Shown here: positions 38,601-52,493 of the stretch, in pieces
How the letters are laid out: each line of letters starts with the position of its first letter
Numbering within the stretch: the stretch's first letter is position 1
DNA from: the human T2T-CHM13v2.0 reference genome, Homo sapiens
Length of the DNA stretch: 64,000 nucleotides
Reading direction: 5' to 3' (one strand)
Assembly (NCBI RefSeq): GCF_009914755.1
Contig: NC_060931.1
Notes under the pieces: model-generated
Database searches by the model: none
What the model saw: the letters and a program-made list of their open reading frames with translations, nothing else
Told to the model about the DNA's origin: nothing
Made by a program: the position numbers and the translations under genes

Positions 38601-39499
38601 CAGTAAATTTTTAAAACAAAATAGTGTGGAGCCCAACATAGGAACAGCAACTCTTTATTTTGCTTTATAAGGTTGCATTTCAAAAACCTTCTAACATCTC
38701 TAAAATTTCATAAAAGAAAGGATATTTTAATCCCCAAAAGAAGGAAAATAATCTCAAAATAAAGAACAGCTTTTAAAAGTGAAGGCATACAGTTGTATGA
38801 AAAGCTCAGTACACTTTCCTTATTTTCTCATTTTGCTCTGAACCATGTGAACGTCATCACCTCCTGGTACAGTACTGACATTGAGAAATGGCATGTCCAG
38901 AGCCTGAGCTCAATATTTCCCTGGATGTAGTAAAATGCTTTTAAGTTTGACTTCCTGAGGCTTACCAGTTCTTTTCCAAAGGAAAATAAACGAGCAAATA
39001 TTGAAAGGACAGGAAAAGCCGACATTTACTTGCTCTGGGTTAAACATTGTGACATATATCTTATTTAATGGTCACAATAACCCTTTATAATAATTGTTAC
39101 TGTACTCATGTTATATTGAGAAGATTTAGGTGTGAATGTGTTTTCTGGCCCAACACAGATTAAGTGAGTGGCAGAACTGTGAGTGCAAAGCAATTGGTTA
39201 TTTTCCATCCCGCCATGCTGCAAGCTTAGGAGCAGAACTTAAAGAAGAGGATGAAGGTTGCCTCTGACTTCCAGGTGGTGCATCCCTTTGTAACCAGAAT
39301 CGTGTCCTCATTGAGCACCTCTGGGAAGCCTAGATAGAGCCACCCAGCTCCTTCTCTGGGTTGGTACTGTTAGCAGGTAACCTTGTAGACACTAAGAGGT
39401 TTCTGGGTTGCCATGCTCCTTTGTACTGTGTCTGTCTGCAACGTTGCCTAATGTTTTAATTAGAGGTACTTAATTGCAGGTCTGTGCTTTGTTTTGCAG

Positions 39500-39579
39500 G
39501 TGTGACATTGCTCAGGGACGAGAGACCCAAAGCAATCGTGGAAGATGACGAAAAGGATGGTGACAAGATAGCTATTTAA
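39500..39579 (+). CDS. PPP1R17: PPP1R17 coding part of last exon (exon 5), aa 130-155 GVTLLRDERPKAIVEDDEKDGDKIAI*
   Basis: Acceptor ctttgttttgcAG at 39498-39499, frame continues from exon 4, TAA at 39577-39579. Total CDS 468 nt = 155 aa, the known G-substrate length. Too short to appear in the ORF track. Confidence 0.93.
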
Positions 39580-40760
39580 AGATAGTTCCCCTGAGACCAC
39601 TTGTAAATAGGTTAGATTGGTTCCCTGTGGTGACCTAGAGAAAAAATAGACTTGTTTCTGCTCTCATTTTTGTCATCGTCTGACTTGAAGATTCAGACAC
39701 CTTCTCCCCAGGAGATGTATGCCATCAAATTGCCAGTCACCTCTTTGTCTCTCTCTTCTTTCTGAGTATGGTTTCTATTCTGTGTTTTGAATTTTTATTT
39801 TCTAATGCAGTGGAAAAGAAACAGATCATCCTAAATGAGGAGGTAACAGGGAAAGCACTGGGGTTCGGTTTCTGCATCTTCTGGATCAATTCACGGAACA
39901 GAGATCGTGGATTACATGGGCTCCTTCTTGGTTTTTGCTGCTGGGCAGGACTTGACTTAGCATTATCCAAGCACCAGTCCAAGTGGGGTTCCCTGTTGCC
40001 AGTTAGAGAGGTGAGAATGTTTGGACTCTAACTCACCGATTGCTTTGCAGACAAAGGTCTTTTATTTCTCCTGTCCTATCTTAAGAGTCCAAATGTCTCT
40101 GGTGATGTTCCTAAGACCCTTGTCCCAGATACTCTAAATGTGAATGTATGAGCTGGGGGAGTCAACCCAGCCCACCATGCCTTGGCTGATGATACCAGAG
40201 GCAGAGAGTGCTGGTCTGTCTGGGAAGCTTAGCAATGTATCTTCAAATTTATTTTTGTTTTTAAAAATATTTCTTAAACATGCTGTCCCAACATTTGTGA
40301 GTTGTGTCACAAGTGAGTCATTATCAATGGTAGATAAAATATCAATGTTTGTGATGAATTTACTGTAAAAAAATTAAGGTCAATGAAAGCCATTCTGTTA
40401 TTTTTAGCATTCTCACTTATTTAGACTCTATTACACTTTCTTGGATGAGAGGGGAGAGTGTGGTGTTAGCTAGTGAGCAGAGGTCTGTATATTGTCCTTG
40501 CCCCAGCCTGCAATCTGTGGATGCCCAGGGGAAGGCATACAGGCCTCATCCACCAGGCAATAGACAGGAGAGAGGTGAGAACTATTTTTAGAAGGAGGAA
40601 AAGTAGATACGCAAATTGTCACAACTAAGAGTGATAATTTGGTAGCTCTGTATGTATGCTGGTTCCAACTGTTTAATCCCTTCTGTCTTTCTGTTCTCAC
40701 AAAGATGGAAAAGATGCAAGAGCTTGCCGGAAATAAAGCTACATCTATCCACATCTCTGT
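39580..40760 (+). other. PPP1R17: PPP1R17 3'UTR (end approximate)
   Basis: Repeat-free sequence running from the stop codon to a canonical AATAAA at 40732. Confidence 0.7.
40732..40737 (+). terminator. Polyadenylation signal AATAAA of PPP1R17
   Basis: Canonical hexamer, with upstream UGUA elements (ctctgtatgtatg ~40645-40658) and downstream U/GU-rich sequence. Confidence 0.7.
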
Positions 40761-42164
40761 CCTCGTGCGTTTCTCCTAAGAATACCCAGTTTACTCACAA
40801 TTATAAAGAGCAGAGATTGCAAAAGAGACTCACAAAGTTTTGCTTTGTTTTACTTTTGTTTTTGTTAGGCCTGCAGAGATTTTAAAATGTTTGAATTTGC
40901 TATTAATATTTAACAATCCAGTCAGGAGAAGTGATGTAAAATTCCGGATTTCCAGATTCTCTTCGAAAAATATCTCAAGACCTGTCAATTTGGGCCTGAT
41001 TAGAATCATGGCAGCATCAGCTGGAACTGAGTACTGGATGCCCATTTTGGAAGGAGCAAGCATTCCCGTTTGCCATATGCCCCACCTGGAGTATATCATC
41101 CATTGACTCTAGTTTGGAGTCCCCTTAGTGAAGACGCATGTTGTAATCCTAATGATCTCACCTTTTTTATTCCAGCACTCCATGCTCTGCTCCCACTTCT
41201 GATGCCCCAGCCACAGCTTTGGGTAGAGGGGAATAAAACTGTGGCCGGGTGCTGGTTGAGGCATAATTGGTGAAGGAGGGCACCATAAAGTCTTTACAAA
41301 ACCAAAAGCAATTACAGGTCTATGGATAAGAGGATAGTATAACCACCAGCAGCAATGTTTACAAAGGGATCTTTACTCAGAAAACACAGCCTCACTTCAT
41401 CCTATCAGATTTGCTGTATGAACACAGAGTACACCTGTAGCCATGTCTGCAGAGATGCTCGATAACTTCTGAGGCTACTCTGAAAACCTTCATCGTTACT
41501 GACTTCCTGGGTTAAGGAAGAAAGTAGACCAGCTGTTGTGGAAATAAAAGCCTTGGGTCTAGCTTCAACTATGTGATGCCAAGCAAGCCCCTGGAACTCT
41601 CTGAGTCTGGTTCTTTATCTTGAAAATGAGGATAATAATTCTTACTTTGCCTTGTTCATAATTTGAGAATTAAGTAAGATAATGGACGGCAAAGAGCTTC
41701 GTAAGCTAAAATGCTCAATCCAACTGTAACATAGGATAATTTAAAGACACCTTCAGAGTTTGCACGGTGTTTTTTCTATTGCCAAATCCCCATTGCCTGA
41801 GTATTGAATGGGCCGCAATTATGAGACTCAACTCACAGCATCTGAAAGACTTCAAGTAGGGGGATCCCATCAGTTATATGGCCTTAACTGAAAGACCGGA
41901 CTTTGTAATAGAGTCCCAATCTTAAAAGAGCATATACAGAATGGTGAGAGGCAAAACCAGACAAAACATAACCAACCCTGGATATCACTGGGTGACTTGG
42001 GTGGAAGCCAAACCTCCCTCACTTCCTTTGTCCCCTGAGGACTTTTTCTGGCCAGGTAAAGTAGAAATTTCATGATTAGCATTATATTTCAATTAAAATA
42101 GTTCTCAGAGCATTGTGAACAACTTCCCTCCAAATGAATAATAGTTATATTAAGAAATTAAGGG

Positions 42165-42510
<346 letters not shown>

Positions 42511-44019
42511 TCAAACTAAAAGAGGTTTCTTTAATGGAACTGGCAAAGCAGTTGGCCATTTGTTCATTCTGAAGGCATCTACCAGGAACCCAGGCTACCT
42601 GAAATGAGGAGGCCCTAGATGTGCAAGACTTGGCGCTCTTTCAAAAGCTTCACACAAAGCCTTTCTTTAAATCCTAACACCCTTTAAAAGCAGTTGGCTG
42701 AGATCACACAGCCAATTTCTAATGCCTAATTATCACTTGAAAAGGCAGAGGCTGGTGTGGAAGGATTGGGGAAGAACCATAAAGGACTCAAGCAGTGTTT
42801 CCTTTTAAATGCAATTAAGTGAATTTTCCCTGTGCTGTCCAGGTTGTTTTCTTAAAACAAGGATAGACTGAGATCCCATGTGGTTGTGAAAATAAGTTAG
42901 CAAAGCAATTATTTTTGCTAGCTGAGAATAAGAGGCTGGTTACATGATGGATTTTGTAGAATCTCTGTCATCCTGTGTAAATGAGGCTCCCTTGCCACTC
43001 GTAATTTGTAAGTGTGAAAGTGTTACTCAAAAATCTCCCCAAGGCAGGGAGTGAATGCACAGAAGACGCATGAACTGAGAATATACTCTGCCAGTTTTCC
43101 TGGACATGCAATTGCCTTTGAACTTGCTATAATATATTATGTCTGCAGAATTCAGAACATTATAATGGCCTTCATCCTTGACCCAAAAATCAGGGCAGAA
43201 GACTCTCCACAAGTAAATGTATTTATGGGGAAAACAATGTGTTATTTGAAATGAGCTCTACCTTGGACACTCCAAGCTATCAGCTTACCTTCCTGAAGAA
43301 GAAAAGGATAGGTGTATCCTCACCTTCAGTAGCAGGTCCTTCCAGCAAGATGAGACTCCTCCAAGGAAATTGCAGAAGACTTCCTGAGAAGGAACAACAG
43401 AAAATAGAAGACAATTTTGCTTATCCTGGAAAATGTGGCTCTTCCATCTGATGTCAAATATGTATTTTGAGCGTGGAACAAAGAGTATAATACAGATCCT
43501 CGTGTTCTTATAATTATGTTAGGGTTTCAGAAAAACAATATATACTTTAATATCCATCAATCAAATCATATGTATTTTATTTAAAAGTACTACTTAAATA
43601 ATGCCTTTCAGAAAAGGAAGACTGTGCTCTGAGCCCTTGCATTTGCTCAGTCTTTTTCCCATTTCATCTCATTTGATCCTCAAATTCAATCATGAAAAAA
43701 CTAAGTACCCAGGGAAGCTGAGATGGAGAGGAAGCCAGGAAGAAACTCAGGTCTCTGAACTCTTAGCCTAGTGCTGTTTATATAGTGTGAAACTATTCTG
43801 AAAATAGGGTCCAAAAACACAGGAGGTTAAAGAAGGAGATCATTCCATGATCCAGAAAGAGTAAATTATACAAGTGCTTTCTGATGGTTTTCTCCACCCT
43901 CTCTCTCTTAATTTTTGAATGAGTAAGTATATTAATAAATATGTTCAACTTTCCAGTACTCAAAATTTAATCATTATTCTCAATCCTACGTTTTAAGGAG
44001 GTGATAAGGTTATTTTTGT

Positions 44020-44600
44020 CTTCCCTCGCCCCACTCCATCCTCCATATTATCCATTCTCTACATTGAAATTAAAGTGACCCTTTTCAAACAAATCTGAGC
44101 AAGTGGGAGCCCTCCTGAAGATCTTCTCCTTGCTTAGAATAAAGGTAGAGATCTCAAGCCTGGGCCCTGCTTCCCCCCACCCTGCTTTGGATTCCAGTGA
44201 CACTGGCCTCTGCCATGGCTGGGGACCCTCCTCTCCCTTCCCTCCTACCCATCTCCTACTCTTTGCCCCTCACCACCCAGTGAAGATCTGCTCGTCCTCT
44301 AGAGCTCAGCAAAGTGCCACTTTCTCGAGGAGAAACTCTTCCTTGCCTTCTTAATTAGATCAGGAGAAACCTGATCACAAGCCATGCTAATCTTTTTCTC
44401 CATAGTTCCTACCTCTTCTTGTGATCATCCATTTGTATAACTGATTAGTGTTTGTCTCCTCACTGTTGTGTAAGGTCCATAAACACAGGGATATCAACTG
44501 GTTTTGTACCACTTGTCCTTTGTACCTGGCATAGGGTTTACCATGCTGTAGATGATCAAAAAATCTACAGTGAGTGAGTGAGTGAATGAATGAATGAATA
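44020..44600 (+). mobile_element. L2 3' portion
   Basis: gtacctggcatagg...tagatgatcaaaaaat... ending in a (gagt)n(gaat)n tail at 44570-44599. Confidence 0.75.
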
Positions 44601-44938
44601 AAAAGACTTTGTAAGAAGCCAAGCCTAACAGCCTAAGTTTGCCTTACCATTTGCCTAATTGCAGGAACACAAGGTTACTTACTCTGATAATAGACTAGAT
44701 AGTCGCTATGGAGCCGAACACAAATGTCAGCCACAGGAAGGTGGTCTGCTTCCTAGACCCATTGTCTCCTCTGTGGCACCAGGGAGTCCTCCCAATATGC
44801 AGCCCATCTCCCTAAAAACAGTTCCCTGTCCATCAAATCCTCCTACTCTCAGGAGTCAGTAGAGGCAGAGACAGCAGGGGTCAGCTGCTTGCCCACCTGA
44901 GGGCTCTGGTGTCATGGCTTCAGAATGCCATGGCCAGC

Positions 44939-47189
44939 TGTGTTAGTCCCTTTTCATGCTGCTAATGAAGACATACCCAAGACTGGGAAGAAAAAGAGGT
45001 TTAATGGACTTACAGTTCCACATGGCTGGGGAGGCCTCACAATCATGGTGGAAAGCAAGGAGGAGCAAGTCACATTTTACATGGGTGGCAGCAGGCAAAG
45101 AGAGAGAGTTTGTGCAGGGGAACTCCTCTTTTTAAAACCATCAGATCTCATGAGACTTATTCACTATCACGAGAACAGCAAGGGAAAGACCTGTCCCCAA
45201 GATTCAATTACCTCCCACCAGGTCCCTCCCACAACATGTGGGAATTCAAGATGAGATTTGGGGGGGACACAGCCAAACCATATCATTCTGCCCCAACCCC
45301 TCCCAAATCTCATGTCCTCACATTTCAAAACCAATCATGTCTTTTCAACAGTCCCCCAAAGTCTTAGCTCATTTCTGCATTAACTCAAAAGTCGACAGTC
45401 CAAAGTCTCATCTGGGACAAGGCAAGTCCCTTCTGCCTATGAGCCTGTAAAATCAAAAGCAAGCTAGATACTTCCTGGATACAATGGGGATACAGGTATT
45501 GGGTAAATACAGCCATTCCAAATGGGAGAAATTGGCCAAAACAAAGGTGCTCCAGGGCCCATGCAAGTCCCAAAACCAGCAGGGCAGTCAAATCTTGAAG
45601 CTCCAAAATAATCTCCTTTGACTCCATGTCTCACATCCAGGTCACGCTGATGCAAGAGGTGGGCTCCCATGGCCTTGGGCAGCTCTGCCCTGTGGCTTTG
45701 CAGGGTATAGTCCCCCCTGGCTGCTTTCACAGTCTGGCGTCGAGTGTCTGCAGCTTTTCCAGGTGGATGGTGCAAGCTGTCAGTGGATCTACCATTCTGG
45801 GGTCTGGAGGACAGTGGCCCTCTTCCCACAGCTCTACTAGGTGGTACACCAGTAGGGACACTGTGTTGGGGCTCCAACCCCACATTTCCCTTGTGCACCA
45901 CCCTAGCAGGGGTTCTCCATGAGGACTCTGCCCCTGCACAAACTTCTGCCTGGGCATCCAGGCATTTCCATGTATCCTCTCAAATCTAGGTGGCAGTTCC
46001 CAAACCCCAGTTCTTGACTTCTGTGCACTCGCAGGCTCAACACCATGTGGAAGCTGCCAAGGCTTGGGGCTTGCACTCTCTGAAGCCACAGCCTGAGCTG
46101 TATCTTGGCCCTTTTTAATCATGGCTGGAGAGGCTGGGATGCAGAGCACCAAGTCCCTAGACTGCACACAGCAGAGGGACCCTGGGTCTTTCCCACAAAA
46201 CCATTTTTCCTTCCTACGTCTCCAAACCTGTGAGATGACTGGTGCTGCAAAGGTCTCTGACATGCCCTAGAGACATTTTCCCCATTGTTTTGGTGGTTAA
46301 CATTTGGCTCCTCATTACTTGTGTAAATTTCTGCAGCTGGCTTGAATTTCTTCTAAGAAAATAGGATTTTCTATTGTCAGGCTGCAAATTTTCCAAACTT
46401 TTATGCATTTCCCTTTTAAAACTGAATGCTTTTAACAGCACCCAAGTCACCCCTTGAATGCTTTGCTGCTTAGAAATTTCTTCTGCCAGATATTGTAAAT
46501 AATCTCTCTCAAGTTCAAAGTTCCACAAATCTCTAGGGCAGGGGTAAAATGCTACCAGTCTCTTTGCTAAAACATAACAAGAGTCACCTTTCCTCCAGTT
46601 CCCAACTAGTTCCTCATCTCCATCTCAGACCACCTTGGACTGGATTTCATTGTCTATATAATTATCATCATTTTGTTCAAAGTCATTCAAAAGTCTCTAG
46701 GAAGTTCCAAACTTTCCCACATTTTCCTGTCTTCTTCTGAGCCCTCCAAACTCTTCCAACCCCTACCTGTTACCCAGTTCCAAAGTCACTTCCACACTTT
46801 CGGGTGTCTTTTCGGCAGTGCCCCACTCTACTGGTACCAACTTACTGTATTAGTCTGTTTTCATGCTACTGATAAAGACATACCCAAGACTGGGAAGAAA
46901 AAGAAGTTTAATGGACTTGCAGTTTCACATGGCTGAGGAGGCCTGGCAATCATGGCAGAAGGCAAAGAGGAGCAAGCCATGTCTTACATGGATGGCCGCA
47001 GGCAAAGAGAATTTCTGCAGGGGAACTCCTCTTTATATAACTGTCAGATCTCATGAGACTTATTCATGATCACAAGAACAGCATGGGAAAGACCTGTCCC
47101 CATGATTCAATTACCTCCCACCAGGTCCCTCCCACAACACGTTGGAATTCAAGATGAGATTTGGGTGGGGACACAGCCAAACCATATCA
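44939..47189 (-). mobile_element. Complete THE1 (THE1A/B-like) MaLR provirus: LTR 44939-45285, internal 45286-46845, LTR 46846-47189
   Basis: Two ~345-bp direct-repeat LTRs (tgt(g/a)ttagtc...cagccaaaccatatca) and a ~1.56-kb internal region with MaLR ORF remnants (WNFELERDYLQYLAEEISKQQSIQ). 5-bp TSD ccagc/ctagc. Confidence 0.95.
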
Positions 47190-47524
47190 CTAGCCAAGAT
47201 GAGGACCTCACAGATGCTGAAGTTGGGGAGCTTCACTATAAGAGGTATGGGGCAGGGGGTGCTGTCCTTTGGCATCTAAGGCATCTGCTTTATAAGATGC
47301 TGGATTATCACCATATGTTCTCACCCAACTGGTTATGTAGCATGAGGGAAAAAAGCCAATCATCGCTGATATTTGAGAACTAACCTAATGACAAAAGAAA
47401 AACAAATTTTTGGGTTCCTCATGTAAAAATATTCCAACAATTGTAATCATTTGTGGAACTATTTACTATTAACAATATGTATTATTATTGTTATTATTGC
47501 AATAGCAATTAGGTTCCTCATTAA

Positions 47525-47835
<311 letters not shown>

Positions 47836-48342
47836 TGTAAAGGCATTTTTGTCCAATTTCTTTTCTAATCATAGAATAACCCTCTCTGTATTTTGAGTCT
47901 GTCTTCTCCATGTGTTGACATTATAGCCCAGATGCTCACAGCTTATGCTGGGCAACCTTGAACTAGTAGATGTAACTTTCATTCTTCTTGACCTTGGGCC
48001 TACAGAGTTTTGTTCCATCCCATTGGCTATAACCCATAGTCCTGTGCATCTTAGAGTTCTGAGAATAAATGTCCCCTTGTGCACTAAATACCTTAACAAG
48101 CTGAGGTAAACAGGTCTGAGACTCATCAGTACCTAAATCATCCCTACTGTTCCATGAGACTTCTAAGAGAGTCTGCTGGTAGTGTGGCATTAAGGACCCT
48201 GTGCCTACTTGTGCATAGCCCTTGCCTACTTGTGCATAGGTCTTAGAAGAATTTGTATTTGCCATGAGTTTTGCTGGGACCTCCTGTTACAAAGATCCCT
48301 GATCTTTTGATGGTTTTGCTGGACAGCTAAGGACCAACTGCG

Positions 48343-48559
48343 TGCCTCATTGTTGTTATCCTGGCAACCATCCTTTGTTCTTTGGTGTCTTTGTGGCTGG
48401 ATCCAGGGCTGATTAAGGTGAGGCAAGTGAGGTGTCTGTGGTGCAAAGTGGAAGGAGGTGCTCACATTCAGGGGCATATAAGTGCTAGCCTTGTCTGACT
48501 CACATTTTCCTTTCTCCTAAAATTTTAGTATCTTCCTACCCATCACCTTCCACAGCCTT
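48343..48559 (+). repeat. Copy 1 of a 217-bp dispersed direct duplication (contains a MER96-like hAT MITE, 48404-48493)
   Basis: Aligns without gaps to 56412-56628, with 24 mismatches by manual count. Confidence 0.9.
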
Positions 48560-48649
48560 ATTTTCATTCAGTTGCCCAAGTTATTACCTATGGGGCCAGA
48601 TCCTGCCCACTATGAGCTCTCCAGGTAGAGAGTACTAAGAGTTCTCAAA

Positions 48650-49715
48650 TTGCACAGTTCTAATATGCACAAATATGCAGAGAGAGGGAGGGTCAGCTAT
48701 TACCATGATTTAGTTAAATAACACCAGACCCACAATAATATGGTTCACATTTCAGATACTATAGTATCTAATACTGACATACTGATCATATATTAACTGT
48801 AATTACATAAAATATGAATTTTACTGATAGCTCTTCAGTCCATAAATTATTGTGCAATAATAGATGTGCACCATGATCATTGACCACATGTAACTGTTTC
48901 CAGAGTCTGAGGGTGAGTGGTCACTATGCATCTGTTATTTAGTTCCTGCACAGACAGCAAACCACGTAGTTATATTGCTTTCTTGTCTCCTAGTGTTAAA
49001 CCCATATGGCATTTTATAAATAATTGAAAGAAGGGATTGGCCACAAAAAGGAAAGCACAGGAAAGAAACAAAAAGTGATAATGCTGAAAGTGAAACTGAA
49101 GTAGAAGGTAATGGAACTGAAGTAGAAGACATGGCCACCTGTGGGCATGTTGACACTGCCACCATAGGAGAGACCCTCGCTGCAGAGCCAGAGGAACTTA
49201 ATGAAGACCAACCTACCAAGATAAATGAGACTGAAAAAAATGAATTTGTCGAGAGGAAGCAACACCAACCAAAATTTCACATAAAAGAGCTCTTGAAGAT
49301 ATTTCATGCAAAGCATAAAATATTGGAAGCTGATCCAAACTTGGAAACCTGACAATTTGCCAAGACACAGGAAAGGCACTTGCTCTGTATTGTAAGTTAT
49401 ATGGCAAGAATAAGGTCAATGATCTTCAAGTTACTCTTGATTAGTTTTTGCAAAGAAATAAAACACTTCAATTCTCAATGCCTCTAAAATTTTAAATTAC
49501 AAGTTACAATGTACTAAACATAATTTTTACTATTTTGAATTTCTTTATACATTTATTTAAAAAGTTAGTGAATGTTTAATATTTTCATAAAAATTTTCAA
49601 GATCACAGAACAACGGTAATTTTTCCAATGGATTATTAAGGTCACTTTGCACAGTTTCAGCTTGAACTGTCCTATTTAACAGTCCCAAAATACCATGCAA
49701 AGCAAAGGTTGCCTG
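48650..49715. mobile_element. Ancient Tigger-like/MamRep DNA-transposon derivative
   Basis: Decayed acidic transposase-like tail (ORF 49131-49352 ...KFHIKELLKIFHAKHKILEADPNLE) and terminal ttgcacagtttcagcttg...ccatgcaaagcaaagg. Family uncertain. Confidence 0.5.
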
Positions 49716-52217
49716 CCTTCAGCCTTGGGAGCCAAGCCAGAGTGTGTGAATGTTTGCCCTTGGGTGGGGGGCAGAAGGGAAGGTAGGGGAAGATTGCATC
49801 TCATCAGTGGACAGAGAATCCAGAAAGTAAGAAGAAATATTGATTAGAATCCAGAGAATGGGGCCCCAAGTTGGAAGCTAGGAAGCTAACCAATCAGGCT
49901 AGAGGACAAGGTAGAAAAACAAAAGAGAAAATAAATAAATATTAGTAACAAAAAGACCAAAAATTAAGCAGGTTCTCAATGCATTAGCTATACCAGTTCT
50001 GGAGCTAGATATGCCTAAGGCTTTGCTTTTATTCATAGTAATGAATACTTCTCTGCTACAGAGACAGGCCCTTAAAGGATCTAGGGGTCTTTAGGAGTCT
50101 ATTTCTACTATTTTAAATCCTCTTAATGCGGAAGGAGAGAAGGTGATCTCCGCCCTGGGCCAGTAGTCTAGGACCTGAAATGGACGTCAGAGTCTTCAAA
50201 ACTGGCTGGTATCTACCGTGGACAGAGCAAATGGAGAAGCAAAGAGAAGAAATGTCACAACCAAATTGCTTTCAAAAATGATGATTTAATACAAGGATAT
50301 GAGAGTAGGTGAAATAGCAGGTAGCATGGCCTTCTTACCTATGTGACCCCCTGAGGTTCCAGGACTTGGCTTCTGGAGAATATTAATACAGCCCTGGACT
50401 GAAAGTATACTCTCGCTGTATGGGATCTTGGTCCCAGAGCACCAGGTGGACTGCACGGTCATGGGCATGGTGGGACCATAGGAGTCCTTCCCCACAGAAC
50501 ATCCAGCTCCACAGGCTGCATCTTTTTCTGGAACCTCTGGCAACAGGCAGAGGAATAGCCCAGATTGAGACCGGGAGGAAGGCTTGGAAAATGGGCCCAC
50601 CAAGAGATTGATGGGAGAGACAGAGAACCTCAGGATGCATGGATAGCAGATTGAGAACACTTGGCTCTCCTCTGCTACTCACAGGTCTGAAGACAAGAAT
50701 GGAAACCACAGTGCATAGAAAACCTGGCCCTCTCTGGACGTAAGAATTTATTTTGTGACTCCCAGTTAAGCGAAAAACTAGGAAGGCTCCCATCACTGTC
50801 TTCCTGGAGTTTGCGGGTAATGGCTCAACTACATCTGAAGGGAAAGGAGGTCAGAGTCTCCAGGCTGCTGTTGGTTTCTCTTTGGGGATATGAGGATCAG
50901 CACCAGAGTGCTAGGGGCTGGGCACATGGGGCCCCCATTCATATGTCCCTGTTGCAGGCAAACACTGTGAAATGAAGAGGGGGAATCCCTGTGTACCAAC
51001 CACCTTCCCATAGGAACTGGGATCCAAAAGGTGGGAACTCAGGGCACAGACCTGGCAGCTGGACAAGGGTGAATTATTATCATGCATGACCCTCAGCAGC
51101 CCTAGCTGCTGCTAGGCACCCAGAGTTTTTCCTGTGCTCATCATAGGTCCTGGGATCACCTCGGGGGGAAGTGTCTGAAACACCCTACAGAGTAAGTAGA
51201 GTCAAGGTTGTCTCCTCCTGCATTCTGGAACCAGGATCTTAATACCAAGCAGACCCTCAGTTACCAGCATGGGACTGCCAAACTTCAGCAGTGATGCAGG
51301 CAAAGGCAGGCTGAGAGACAGCCAGGACGTTTGAAAGAAGTATCTGAAGATGGAACAAATAGGAGGTAGGATAGAGGCAGGGGTTGGCTCCAGTGTTACA
51401 TCCAGGTTGTGCAATCTTGATTGTTGAGATCCCTTCCAATATTTCTTTAACAACCTACCAGAAATGTTTTGACAAGAATGCTTCCTGAAGGTAGCCTGGA
51501 TTTCTCTCCTCCCTGAACACTCTATGGCTCCCAGCCATCCCTAGTACTCGAGATGGACCTCGCAAGTGAGGACTCCTTAAGTCCTGAGACTTCAGCTTCA
51601 TTAACTTCCAGGAAAATCTGCCCCTAGCTGGGCTCAAGAGACAGACAGCTGCCTGTCCTGTGAGGGGAAAGGGGCTGCTATAATCCTGAGCAAGTCGACA
51701 CCTGTTTCCTTTGCTCTTTCAGGAAATTCAAAAAAGGATTTTTTCCACTGTTTTTGCAGCGCAGTCTATGTTGTCCTTCAACACTGAGCAGCTGAGTACA
51801 ACTCTCTTTACCCTGGTCAATGCTATTATAATTTATTGGTGCAATGTTCTCACAAGTTCCAGGACACAAAGATCTTTCCTTGACATAATCCCTCCATGCT
51901 CTCCCCAGCCACACGATTCTCTCCCCATCCCCTCACAATGCATGGCCGTGTGGCTCTACATTTTGTCCGACAGACAGTAGCTGGAATAAAAATAAATTCC
52001 ACACATTAATTTAAATAAGCCCATTGGGCAGATAAAGTGTTTGGGCATACCAGTCAATATTCGTTGCCTAAAGCTTCTACTCCGAAAGAAACCAGCACCA
52101 TGGCCAATGCTGCTCTACCCTAGGCTCTTCTATCCCAGAGGAAAGCATCTTGTTTCTATTGTCAAATGTTCGGGGGATTCTTTGTTCAAAGGAAATCATA
52201 CTTAGAAGTCTAATGTG

Positions 52218-52493
<276 letters not shown>

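Noticed and set aside
44925-47383. Cluster of overlapping 60-178 aa ORFs
   Set aside because: All fall within or start in the THE1 LTR/internal sequence and are MaLR remnants.
51375-51630. GC-rich unique-looking segment
   Set aside because: Its end (cttcagcttcattaacttccaggaaaatctgcccct) resembles a hAT-type DNA transposon terminus. Probably an old repeat; family not confidently assigned.
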